Below are positions 39,660 through 51,890 of a stretch of DNA of 64,000 bases, in pieces. Made by a program: the position numbers and the translations under genes. The number at the start of each line of letters is the position of its first letter. The stretch's first letter is position 1. The notes beneath the pieces were generated by a model. That model did not search any database, was not told where the DNA came from, and saw only the letters and a program-made list of their open reading frames with translations. The stretch is taken from positions 9,052,001-9,116,000 of the forward strand of contig CDPCPM010000114.1 in the NCBI GenBank assembly GCA_976551045.1. Reading direction: 5' to 3'. Source of the DNA: Glaucostegus cemiculus. Taxonomy: Eukaryota.

Positions 39660-40740
39660 GTGTGTGAATTACCAGAGGATATCTGACAAAATATATCAAA
39701 CAAAGATTATTGCAAATAAATTGAAACTTGGACTGAAAGGAACTGCAGCAACATGACAGATAGTTGGTTGGAAGAGAGGAAACAAATGTTAGGGTTAAGA
39801 GCTCTTTGGACTGAAGAAGGATTGGAAGTGGTGTACTGCAGGCATGAGTGCCAAGTGTGTGAGTGTCTGTGATTTGACTGGAGACAAGGAGCATGAGGAA
39901 TACTTCTGCAGATGGCACAAAAGTAGATTTGGCAAGCAACAGGCAAGGTTTGTGAAGTCTGCAGAAGGACATGGACAGGTTAACAGAATGAATAGACAGG
40001 TGGTCTGTACAAATAAATACTGAGAAAGGCAAAGCAATGTGTTCCAAGAGAAAAATACAAGGTCAATTTCTACATTCATTGGAAGGGTATTGAATGTTGC
40101 GGATGAATAGAGTTCAAGTTTGTAAGTCTTTTAAAATGTGTGCAGTCAATAAATGCATAAAAAGGAGCCAATAGCATTGTGGGTTTTCTGTAAAGCAGCC
40201 TGAGGGACAAATAAAAGGGGCAAATGGAATTAATTTGAATGGTGGAATCAGGCCACTGTTCAAAAACAGTCACCAAAAAAACATTTTGTGGGTGTGTCCA
40301 AGACAAAGATTAGGCAAGCTTTTGGACATGAAAGCCCAAGAGACCAGTCAGTAAAGATTTGGGTAATTACATTTATGAAGAAAGTCTAGATATACTGGAA
40401 CTTTTCCAATGATCTGAGTTTATAAACTTATTAAAGATTTTCTAGTAAATAAATAGGGAAAGCCTACTTTCAATTGCTTTGGAAGTCAGAGGTAGGTAGG
40501 CATTAATGATGAGGAGTGGAATTAGGAATTACTTAATTAGGCAGAGTGGTGAGAGCACAGATTGTTTTCCCCATCGGGAAATTCATTGTATCTTTCAACT
40601 AAAAAGTGGGTAAGAAGGTGATATGGAGAGAGCTGCACAACCAGAGAGTTTGTGCAAAGCAGCAGATTGTGGTCTGCTTAAGCAAACAGCCAGTGGGATC
40701 ACAGTGAACCAGGCAATGCCAGCCAGTGCTGAAAACTTAC
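39660..40740 (+). mobile_element. Very old CR1 LINE, RT to 3' end
   Basis: FADD-region remnant (GCAGATGGCACAAAAGTA), LQKDMDRLTE, AGAGTGGTGAGAGC; many lesions. Confidence 0.7.
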
Positions 40741-40844
40741 TTAATTCTACATGATTATGTCATTATTATCCACATCATCATGGGTAAACTAGTTAAATCA
40801 ATGACTCTGGATCGAGTCCAAGACTAACTTCAACTGCCGAACTG

Positions 40845-41282
40845 AGGAAAGACTGGATCAGCTGGGTTTGTTTTCTTTGGGGCATAGGAGGAGGCTGAGA
40901 GGGAACCTGACAGAGGTACATAAAATTATGAGATGCACGGTGAGCATAGATAGTAAGAAGCTTTTCCCCATGGCAGAGGCTTCTAAGACATCTTCTAAGA
41001 TGGGGGTGTGGATTTAAGGTGGGGAGTAAGATGTTCAAAAGGGATCTGAGTAAGATTTTTTCACCCAGAGATTGGTTGCAAACTGGAAGACGTTGGATCG
41101 GAAGGTGGTGGAGACAGGTACTCTCACAGCATTTAAGAAACACCTGGACGAGCACTTAAGTCGTCACTTGGCTTCGGACCAAGTGCTGGTAGATAGAATA
41201 AGTATGGATAGGTCTCGATGGCTGGCATGAACGTGGTAGGCTGTGGGACATATTTCTGTGCTGGTTGTCTCTATGACTCTAA
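40845..41282 (+). mobile_element. CR1 LINE 3' end
   Basis: ERLDQLGLFSL..RRLRGNLTEVHKIM..FFTQRLVANW; CTCTATGACTCTA tail. Confidence 0.9.
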
Positions 41283-42128
41283 TTCATTGGTGTTCCATAT
41301 CAATTTGGTATCAGCTTCTGATTGACAAAAACAAACAAAACTTGAGCCGGCATTATCCTTTCACAATTACGGGCTTGTACAGTCTTCAGATATATTGCTG
41401 CATGGTATTTACTTAATACTCAAAATAGAGAAGCATTAAAATCACTAATTATTTATGACAAAGGGAAATTCAGTGAAGAAACAAATGTAAACAAACAGGA
41501 GAGCAGTTTTTTCCCCACTGAAATAAACAGTAGAGAACTAAGTATGCTCACTAAAGAATATTAGACTTTATGAAAGAATATTAAGTCTTTTTTTAATAAA
41601 ATTTTAAGAAATTCTGATGCAGGAGCTGCAAATGAAAGTTGAGTCATTTTCTTACATTCAACCTTTAAAATAGTTGTTCAGAGAAGACATGAGTTTTGGT
41701 ATTGGAACATATTGCAAAATCACTTTGGAAAATTAATTAGGTATTTCATCAAAAAAATTGTCCTCTCAAGTGAAAATGTAAGGAGCTCTCTAATAACATG
41801 ATGGGGAAATTCCAAGTTACCTGGGTGTAAAAAGAATGATATAGAATTGGCTACCAGTTATTCAATCCAGCCGGTTTTCCTTTTAATTGGTTTTAATGCA
41901 GCATACAGTGTACAGGCAAAATGCCAAAAGTGAATGCCTCAGCAGTGGTAACTTGTTATGGATTCATGTATTTATTTTTGATTTCAAGTCATTCAGCAGA
42001 ATATTAATAACTGCGATGTTCAACTGAAGTATACCATAAACCTGCTGGCATTTAGCCATCTTCGAGAGCAACTTCTGGGAATTAAGTTGTCTTGGAATAA
42101 ATGGTCCTACTCCATCATGGACCAAGTT

Positions 42129-42641
42129 ACATAGACATAGATACCTACAGCACAATTCAGCCCCTTCGGCCCACAGAGCTGTGCCGAACATGTCCCCACA
42201 CTATTAGTCTTACCCATAGCCTTCTATCTTATTTACCTCCATGTACCTATCCAACAGTCTCATGAAAGGCCCTATCGTATCCGCCTCCACCGGCAGCCCA
42301 TTCCACGCACTCACCACTGTCTGAGTAAAAAACTTACCCCTAACATCTCCCCTATATCTTCCCCCCAGCACCTTAAACCTATGTCCTCTTGTGGCCACCA
42401 TTTCAGCCCTGGGGAAAAGCCTCCGACTATCTACCCTATCCATACCTCTCATCATCTTATACACCTCAATCAGATCCCCCCTCATCCTCCTTCTCTCCAA
42501 GGAGAAAAGGCCGATTTCCCGCAACCTGCTCTCATAAGGCATGCTCCTCATTCCAGGCAGCATCCTCGTAAACCTCCTCTGCACCCTCTCCATAGCTTCC
42601 ACATCCTTCCTGTAGTGAGGTGACCAGAACTGAACACAATA
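42129..42641 (-). mobile_element. Young 5'-truncated CR1 LINE
   Basis: Open ORF YCVQFWSPHYRKDVEAMERVQRRFTRMLPG..FFTQTVVSAWNGLP; tail TCTATGTCTATG; CAAGTT on both flanks as possible TSD. Confidence 0.95.
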
Positions 42642-43257
42642 CAAGTTGGTTAGTGGATACAAATTGGGCAGAGTGGAGGAAAAGCCAACCTCACCCCTAC
42701 ATCAGGTGCAGCATGCCAGTGGCAGCATTGTTTAATAGCAACAATTACTGAAGCAGTTTAACCAGTAAACTATCTTTACGTCCACACATATTTCTATGCT
42801 TAACAAAAGTAATCTGAAAAACGATATTTTGAAGTGAGGGAAGGCAAGGTGAAATTCAATTCCAGCAAAGCATTCAGAGTTGAAGAATAGCAGATCAGCC
42901 AAATAAAAGTGCTCTTTGTCCAGTTTTCCTCATTTAAATAAACATTTTTATTTAAATGTTTAAATATTATTTCATTAAATATTATTTAAATATTATTCAT
43001 TAAATAAATATTTGGACAAGGTGGATAATGATAACAATACACAACAGCTCATTTTGTATCTAAATGTTCAGTCTCTGTTAGCTCTTCCTTTGCCACAATG
43101 TTTAAGTCTTACGGCTAAACTTGGAATGTTCGATACTTGTGTGTCACCTTTCTGCCCACACTTTGCACTCCTGGTCCAGAGAGCTTTTTGCTATTGTGGT
43201 TGATTATAAGGCAATTGAGCTGCTAGAGAAGTGCAGAAGGAGCAAGGACATAAGTTA

Positions 43258-43391
43258 GACACAAGAGATTCTGCAGATGTTGGAATCTGGAGCAACACAC
43301 ATAAAATGCTGGAGGAAATCAGTAGGTCAGGCAGCATCTATGGAGGGAAATAAACTGTCAGTGTTTCGGGTTGAGACCCTTCATCAGGACA
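43258..43391 (-). mobile_element. Penelope-derived terminal-repeat copy
   Basis: Collinear with 19260-19387 and the reverse complement of 63753-63887. Confidence 0.85.
43356..43391 (-). ncRNA. Minimal type I hammerhead ribozyme motif with mutated cleavage site
   Basis: Minus strand TGTC-CTGATGA-A-GGGT(CTCA)ACCC-GAA-ACAC-T-GACA: intact core boxes, 4-bp stems I and II; stem III/NUH degenerate. Confidence 0.7.
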
Positions 43392-43889
43392 TAAATTACT
43401 TAAGTTTCTTACTGGTACAGTTACATTGCAAACAGTATGTCACCACATGCTTACTGGTACACCGTAACTAGCATTGTTTTGCCTCTGGAAAGGAACATTG
43501 TTGCAAGTCCCTTTGAATCTATCTTTTTGAATCCATTCACTTCCTGCATTTGCATTGCCCACAGACAAGCAGAGGAAAACCCTGTGTGCAGCCCAAGTTT
43601 CCATTTGGGGCTTATATTATTAAAATAAGCCAATCGATCAAAATTATTTAATGTATGGCCACAGGAACACAGGGTATACCAGCAGTCGTAAATGATTACA
43701 CTCAAAACAATATATGAAGCCCTTCGGCACTTATTTCATCAAAGACATCAACATTGGTTTAGCAAAATAAAGCTGTATTTTTAAGATATAACTGCATTAT
43801 TTTCCCAGCTTCACTTAAAAGTATAGCTGAATGAAGCCAATCCCTAATTTTCCATGTAAGCAACATTGGAACACAGAACCCCTCGAACA

Positions 43890-44030
43890 ATCAGTCTGCC
43901 CGCCCACCCAGTCAAGCACCACCGGCAGAGTCTCTGGACCCCAATTTGACCTCATCAACCGCCTCAGGACCCACAGAACCGTGGCAGACGTAATTCATAC
44001 ATAACCCCAAGAGACATCCTTGAAGAAGGA
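43890..44030 (+). mobile_element. RTE-clade LINE 3' end fragment
   Basis: GRVSGPQFDLINRLRTHR resembles the RTE terminal CGR.C.SRIGLISHLRTH motif. Confidence 0.55.
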
Positions 44031-46599
44031 CATTATTATTCATTCCACTCTTTACTCAGAAAATGAGAACCCGCAAAATGTGAAGAAATAACTATTATTA
44101 TGTAGACTGAATTGGATTGTCACTGAAAATGGGTGTGAGGGTTGCTATGCAAGAATAAACTCTGCGAGTTCATCCAGATGCAGGCAGAATATTTAATGTG
44201 ATTATTAGATGCAAATCTTAAGTTATTGTAGCTTAATAAAACATTCTTTGAGCACGAGAAAAAAATGGTAAAGAACATGGAAGGTGCATTCATCTGTGGC
44301 TTGATGGAAAGGCATGAGATTTTTTTCAACAGTTAAGTTTCACTATTGGCAGAGAAAAGTAGCTATCCGCATCAAAAGTTGCTTGCTTATTAGTCTAATT
44401 TCAACTCACAGCCAGCACTTATCATGCTGATCATTGGCTTATTACCTCACCAGGGGACCAGATAATGAATGCTTGCATCAGTTTAAGCTTCTTAGATGGG
44501 AGGTGCTTTGTAGCTGCAGCAGGTGGTGGAAGCCATCAGGCTGGTATTTGTGGGGAAATACCAGCTGTTCCACGCTAAACTCTCAGCACTTCCACGTCCA
44601 CTCCTACAGATCACAAATGCAAGAAGGCTCCATCCCAGGAAACTGGAAGTGATGACAACTCCTCCTCCAGCAACATGTTCTACACTCCATACCCTCTATT
44701 CAATGTTCCATTAATGTTCCATTCCCAGGGGAAGGCCCACTGATACACTCATCTTTGGGAGCATCTTGTTATTGCAAGCCAACCTCCTCCAGCACCTGGT
44801 GCATCATCTCCTATAGACTTTGGCAATTTTAAAAAAGTTAAGAAATTCCAAACCATTATTCAATGAAGTGACAGACAGTAGAAATGGATCAGCAACCAAA
44901 CTGTAAGCAATTGATAATTCATGTTTATTGCACTGATGTTGGGTCATTGCTAAACACTGAATTCTTATGTAAAATTAACACGTGTCATTGGCTGAAGGGT
45001 TGAGCTCTCGTTCGACAGCATTGATGCCATGATCTGCACACTTCCACTGCACCTTAGTGTCACATGCACTAATGCCCACTAAACACAGCAGCTGGCAACA
45101 CTTGCACCATGACTGCCCTGGGTGTATTTGACCCCATATTGAAACCAATGCAACTTCAGTAGGAACCAAACTGCTGAATTTCAAGACCCTTTTTTTCCCT
45201 AATTTTAGGCTATCAATCTATCTGTAATCTGTGAATTTCGTGCTTGGTATTCCACCTCTGAAGTGCTTGACTGTTATTCGCTGAAGAGCTTTTTCTGAGG
45301 CAGAATGTCAATGGTTGTTTTGTTTCATGGAGACCTGCAGCCGTCTTGTGATAACAATTGCTGCAATCACCTTGTTTCAATCAATGGATGTTAGCTGGAG
45401 TCACTCATTTAGCAAACTGGGCCACTATGGTCCGACATTCATTCCTGTATATAAAGCTACCTTTTTCTGCACTGCTAAGCTAATCAGACTCTTAAGGTAT
45501 TAGGAAAAGATTAAGGCGGTATCGCCCTGTTGGCTAAACGTGTGGTTCTTGTCGGTTCCTTTATGAACAGCAGGATTGGCATGTAGGTGGGAAGTGTGGA
45601 GCAGAAATGATAAGAGCATTTATTGACTGAAGGAACAGCTTCGAGTGTGTGAGAAGACTGCGTCTGTTGAAAAAAACAGAACCATCTCTGTGTTCAGAGT
45701 TTCAATCTATGGAAACAGGGAAGGCAATGTACTAATCTGCAAACAGACTAAATAATTCCTGCAAGAATATTTCTCATTATAAGTTCATACAGCCCCAATA
45801 CAAAATCTAAACTTTTCTATGTTGTGCAGTAAAGAAAGCTTTTATAAAGCAGTAGGCTACCAAGTTTTAGTGAGGCAAGTACAATATTTTCCACTTGTTT
45901 AGTAAAAGGTGAAGAATTCAAGCCAAACTTCTTTCAAGGGAGTGCCCTCTAATACTACTGTTCCTTGCTCCAAGTATGAAATCAGCTGTTCACATTAACA
46001 TTTCACTCCTTTAGTGTTTGTGGAGTACACGAATGAGATGAATTTTTAGCCAGCTATTGGAAAAATCAACCTCAGTTGCAATGAATAATCCACATAAACA
46101 TGATTTATTTTGTTGTTTGGTTTCTGATGGTTGGCTGATCCTTTTGACAACTTTAGAACAGAGAACTGGTTGTGCATTCCATGCTTAGGAAGTAGGATAT
46201 CAAGTGGCACACTTCTTCCTACCTGTTTACTTCATCTGCACAATGATTGAGAAGTAACTGAAAATGAATATTATTAGTTTGCTATTATTAAACTTAATTT
46301 ACCTTCACTTGCATACTCATCTGGAATTTAAAAAAAGACGAGGTTATTGCATGGATTCAGTCCATTTTCTTGCTGCTTTACATGTCTTTTCCCAAAAATT
46401 ATCACTCATAAAATTTGCATATCTATAAATTTATATATATAAGCCGTCTTTCACAGTATAATGTATAATTGCATTTGCTTACAAGAATTACATTTATCAC
46501 CTTTCTTTTACATACATCCCACGAGTGATAAGTGTGAGAGGTATTTACCTGGGTTCCAGATCCTCACTGTGCAATAGAGGGATCCCTTAAATTGAGTCC

Positions 46600-46797
46600 T
46601 TTCCCCATGGAGTCTTGTGGTTACAAGATTCAGTGTGTCCGTCAGCACAGTTCACACCTTGAAGGTGTCAGCCTCATTGCTAAGTGGGCAAGCAATGCTC
46701 ACAAGGGCATAATTCAAAACCTGAAGATTGTAGAGAGGTTTTGTCTGAGGACAGGACTACAAATTAATGTTAAAAAGACAGAAGGATTTTATATGAG
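46600..46797 (+). mobile_element. R2-like RT fragment
   Basis: SNAHKGIIQNLKIVERFCLRTGLQINVKKTEGFY; inverted homologue of 47595-47702. Confidence 0.7.
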
Positions 46798-47544
46798 TGT
46801 CTCAACCATCTTGAAGGCCCATGTAAGTGACCTTGAGGTTCCAACTACGCAAGAAGAATTCGACAAGGAAGTGATTCATCACCAGCTTAGCAAGGTGTTG
46901 GTGCTGCTTTGATGAAGCATTCTGTCAAATGATCTTAATAGTTTGCTTAGGGAACTATCTGACAGAATCCACCATCTTCTTTTCCTAGAGGGCCTTGAGA
47001 ACATTCCATGCAAACCATAACCTGATTAACTTGTGATCAAAGGTCTCCTTCTCCACCAACATTTCTATGTGGAACAGGGAGCATTGGGTGGCCCAGCTAA
47101 ATGGAATGTTCCATAGCCACATGGTCAGACTCATGCTTTCTAACAATGGGGCAGGTGGAACTTTCACATCGTAACACATGGTGTTTGTATACCGACTATC
47201 AAAGCACAATTTGATGCAGCTACAGACAAAAGTAGCAATTAAGCCGAGGGCCACTTCAGATAGGTTTTTCCCTCTCTCTCTATAGACGTACATCATGCCT
47301 CTGTGGAATGATCTGCTCAGCATTTCTTGATGAAATGAAATTCAGCTCGGTTGACTGTTGCAGTGCAAGAGCAGGCTTATGGGTCATACCTGTGCCATAT
47401 AGAGCAGCATCGAAAACGCAGTGCACTGGATCGCTAGATTATTTCCTGAGGTCATAATATTGAGCTGCTCCTACAATTTCAGTTTCTGCTCTGTTTTGGC
47501 TGCACATTCCCGCTGGTTCTTGGTGTATGGCATTCACCTCCAAT

Positions 47545-47915
47545 GATCCTCCATCAACCTAGATTATTAAAGATATAGGTCTCAGATTTGGAGGTCAGGT
47601 AAAGTCCTGCTGTCTTTCTGATATTAATTTGTAGCCCTGCAAATTAAGACAAAACCTCTCTACAATCTTCAGGTTTCGACTCATGTCCTTGTGAGAGTTG
47701 CTAATGACCGCAACCTTGTCAGCAAAGGTAAGGGCCAATCATGTGATATTAACATCCCTGAAGTGAAAGCCACAACCGTCCCTCTCTAGCAGTCACATTT
47801 AGAATGTCCGTGATGCAATTAAATGCAATTGAAGAGAGTGGGTCCCCTCGTTTGACACCCCCTCCCCTTAATAGGGATGGGAGTTGTCTTCCTGGAGCAG
47901 TCCCTATATTCCCGA
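47545..47915 (-). mobile_element. Internal R2-like RT fragment inserted in Tx1 ORF2
   Basis: GVKRGDPLSSIAFN..LERDGCGF..LTFADKVAVISNSHKDMSRNLKIVERFC..SETYIFNN (frameshifted); motifs of R2/restriction-like-endonuclease clade RTs. Confidence 0.75.
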
Positions 47916-48954
47916 CAGTCAGGTTAGTTGCCAAAGAGTATAAGCTCATTTTTGTTTCAATTTTCTGTCGCTGAGGCCAATTCAAAATGGTTGCAGGTGT
48001 CAATTAATCTCCGGAGCAGCAGTGTGTCTGAGCAGAGTATGACAACTTCACCATTTTGCCAGGAGGCTTTGATCTGAGCACTTGAGAGTGTTACCCCTCT
48101 TGTGCCCACATCCTCCCTGACAGATTCAGCAAAAGGCTCAGTACAGTATACACACAGGGCAGAGAGACAGTAGCCTTGTCTTTGGCCAGATTATTTTGGG
48201 AAAGTTTCTGTTTCCTCTCCGTTAATGTGAACTGTGCTTTTGATCTTTTGTTTGCGACAATTGAATACAATCATGAATTTTCTCCCCAAATCCTATTTTT
48301 GAGAGGGTGTCCGTCATGTACCTGTGTAACATTCTGCTGAAAACTTTCTCCTCCAAGCTGATGGATCAGGTGTTCACTTCCCTGTTCCCACATCAATGAT
48401 CGCATCCTTGAGTAACACAAGTGTGTCAAAGATCTTCCTGCTGAATACAGCACAGGTCTGTTCCAGGTAATTTACCAGCCCCACAGCAAACTGGACTCAG
48501 CTGGTGATAAGCCAGGGTAGAATATTGTACTCCACATTTTCAACTTTCTGATGTCTTCCCTCTCACCTTCTACTTGCAGATGAGAATGATGATATCCTTA
48601 CTCATCTGCAAGGTAGAAGCACACAATTGTACAATACCATTCTATCAGCTTTCTGCAAGTCCAGTGACGTAGAGAAAGATACAAGGCAGCCAGCAAGCCA
48701 TTGCTCCCTCCAGTTTTATCTGTCTCAAAGGAATGGATGGAATTTGTCATCTTGTCCAGATTTAATGGGTGGTCCAGACACTCTCAGTTGGTGCAATTTA
48801 GAACACCCCAGAGAGAGCACAGGAAATTCCAGGAGCCTGTGGCCTTCAAGTTGTACCGGCTGGCATAGAAGGATTTTAAGATCCTTAATATTTCTAGTTG
48901 TGAGGATGTTACTGAGTTATAACGGAGTTCTCTCTCTGAATCTTTTGGAAGAAA

Positions 48955-49612
48955 GTCAAAGTCAAGTTTATTGTCAGATGCACAAGTACATGTGTGAACA
49001 GGTGCAGTGGAAAAACTTACTTCCAGCAGCTTCATAGGCACATAGCATCAGATAAGCAGCATTCACAAGAAAAACATAAACAGAAATTATACGCAACTTA
49101 CACAAGAAAGAACACGATTATAACAAAAAGACCATTTTAGTGCAAGATGATCAAAGTGGTCATAGTGTTGTCAAACTAGAGTGATTAGGGTTGTGTCGGT
49201 TGGTTCAAGAACCGAATGGTTGAGGGGAAGTAGCTGTTCTTGAATCTGGTGGTGTCAGGCTTCTATACCTCCTGCTCAATGGTAGCTGTGAGAAGATGGC
49301 ATGGCCTAGATGATGGGGATCTTTGATGAGGGATGTTGCCTTCTTGAGGCAGTGCCTCCTGTAGAAACTACCGATGGTGGGGAGGAATGTGCCTGTGATG
49401 CATTGGAGTCCACTACTCTGCAGCTTCTAGCATTCCTGTGCCTTCAAATTGTTGTACCAGACCATGATGCAACCAGTCAGGATACTTTCAACAGTACACC
49501 TGCAGAAGTTTGTTAGAGTGTTCAGTGACAAGCCAAACCTCCTTCACCTCCTCAGAAAGTAAAGACGCTGGCACGCCTTCCTTGTGATTGCATCTATGTG
49601 CTGGGCCCGGGA
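48955..49612 (-). mobile_element. 5'-truncated Rex1-like LINE nested in Tx1
   Basis: AQHIDAITRKACQRLYFLRR; same 3' UTR as 2506-2735. Confidence 0.85.
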
Positions 49613-50151
49613 CAGCTCGCAAGAAGCACAAGCATGTTTTGTACTGCTCCATTGGATTGGAAGAAACTCTTGGAGGACTTCAGTACAAAGATCTAGGCTT
49701 ACTGGTTCTATACCTTTTGAATATCCTCCGCGATATCTGCCTTCCTTCACTTCACTGCAGCAGCAGCTACTGCATACTTCCCTGCATTTCTCTCAGACTC
49801 TCTCCCTCTCACTTCCTCAGCATGTTTGAGAATGAAGGGCCTCTTGTTGTTTGCTTGGATTGCTTTCCACCTGTGCATGGGAGACTGCACTGATCTGCCT
49901 GGCCTCAACCAGGTGTTTAGTGACAGTGCCGTACAGGGCCGCTGAAGGCATCTCACAGCTTGGCATCTTTTACCATTTCAATCAGAAGTTTAGAGGTGGA
50001 GTCCAGCTTGCTGTCAGCTCTGCTGAATCACAGAGCCTAATTGATGGTGTAGTTGATTCCACTGCCCCGAGCGACAGGCTGGGTCATCACCAGCTGCGGT
50101 GGGAGCTGATGGAGGATGGCCAGCTGTTCATTCTACAGAGCCTGATGATGA

Positions 50152-50572
50152 GGCATAGTGTCTTATGAGGATAGGTTGAGTGAGCTAGGGCTTTTCTCTT
50201 TGGAGAGAAGGAGGATGAGAGGTGACTTGATAGAGGTGTACGAGATGATAAGTGGACAGTCCGAGACTTTTCCCCAGGGTGACAATGGTTAACACAAGGG
50301 AACATAATTTTAAGGTTATTAGAGGAAGGTATAAGGGGATGTCAGGGGTAAGTTTTTTACACAGAGAATAGTGGATGCGTGGAACGCACTGCCTGCAGAG
50401 GTTGCGGGGACATAGATTAGGGACGTTTAAGACAATCTTAGATAGACACATGAATGATAGTAAAATAGGGGGCTATGTGGGAGGGAAGGGTTAGATAGAT
50501 CTTAGGGCAAGATAAAATGTCAGCACAACATTGTGGGCCAAAGGGCCTGTACTGTGCTATAGTGTTCTATGT
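50152..50572 (+). mobile_element. CR1 LINE 3' end nested in Tx1
   Basis: [41 protein letters not shown]; CR1 tail. Confidence 0.92.
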
Positions 50573-51609
50573 TTTTGTAAATCACATCACGTCCAAGGAG
50601 ATGATTGCCAACCAGCCCTTTCATTCCCACGAAGAGGAAGTTGCTCTTTCGGCAGCAGACCAATTTAGGTCAAGGAAGTGGCAGTCTTTGTCTCCTGAGC
50701 AAACCGATTGCTCGTGGACCACCATTGCCACCACTGTCAGTTGTTGTTGAAACACAGTTTTCCACGCTCTTGCAAAAGCAGGAGGCCAACCTTGACTTTG
50801 ACATGGAATCCCACACAGATTTGTGGATGTAATCTTTAAAGCCACAGTCATGTTAACACAAGGTCACATCACAGCAGTCATTTGCTTTGTCCCAGCCTGC
50901 CAAGCTGAGCAGCCTCAGGCTCTTTGTTTCCAGTGCAGGTTCTTGGTTGGGATGTCTTTCCTCACCTTACATGGTGCAGCACTGACTTCCCTGTGTCACT
51001 TTGCCATCAGATGGGGGGCAGTGGTGGCATCTGACTGGGACATTTGCTGCTTATTGCTAATTTGGCTTGAAGTTGTTGGCAGCATTTTAGCATTTCATAG
51101 TCATGTTTATCATTTTCTTTCTTTTCGCTGCCTGCCAGTCCCTTGCTTGTCACCTGCTACCTCCTCTTCTGTTGATGTTGAGGAAGAGACTGGGGTTTGA
51201 CAACTTCCCTCAACCGGATTCTCTTTCCTTTCGTTCCTGATGTTCCCAGCTGGAGCTTTGTTTGGAGGAGGGGAGCTCTTCTCCTTTGTGGAAGATTCTT
51301 TGCCAGCTTCTTCTCCAGTGTGCGTAGATGGAGGAGGGTTTGGGGCATGCTCAGTAGAGGTGCCTCCTCACTCAGGTTTTAACATGTGCTCCCCTTGCGG
51401 TGTCCGGTCTGGTGACCTTCTAGTTTCAATTTCGCCAGCTGAAGGGAGTGTGAGTGGGCGGCACCTGTCCAGATTTATCACTGGTGTGGCACATTCTGAA
51501 TTGTCCTGAGTAAACCATGTAACCGTGACTCCCACCATATGCCAATCTGGAGGATGGGTGTTATGGCTTCCTTTCTATCCACTTCAAGTTTCACCTTGTT
51601 CTATTGTTT

Positions 51610-51890
51610 GCCTTCTATCCCACGGTGATAAGAGTATCGAACAGTTCCCTGATACGATGAGATGGACTCTTGATCTCACTTTCTGCCTTTTTTGACCTTG
51701 AAATGCACTTCACTGTAGTTGTGACACTTTAATCTGTATTCTGTTACTGTTTTTAGCCCTGTACTACCTCAATGCACTCTGTACTAACTCAATGCATCTG
51801 CACTGTGTAATGACTTGATCTGTACGAACGGTATGCAAAGCAATTTTTTCACTGTACCTCGGTGAAAGTGACAATAATAAACCAATGCCA
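51610..51890 (+). mobile_element. Rex1-like LINE 3' end nested in Tx1 ORF1
   Basis: Matches 15285-15545; ends in ACAATAATAAACCAATGCCAAT. Confidence 0.8.

Noticed and set aside
42930-43010. AT-rich self-complementary tract
   Set aside because: Low-complexity slippage sequence
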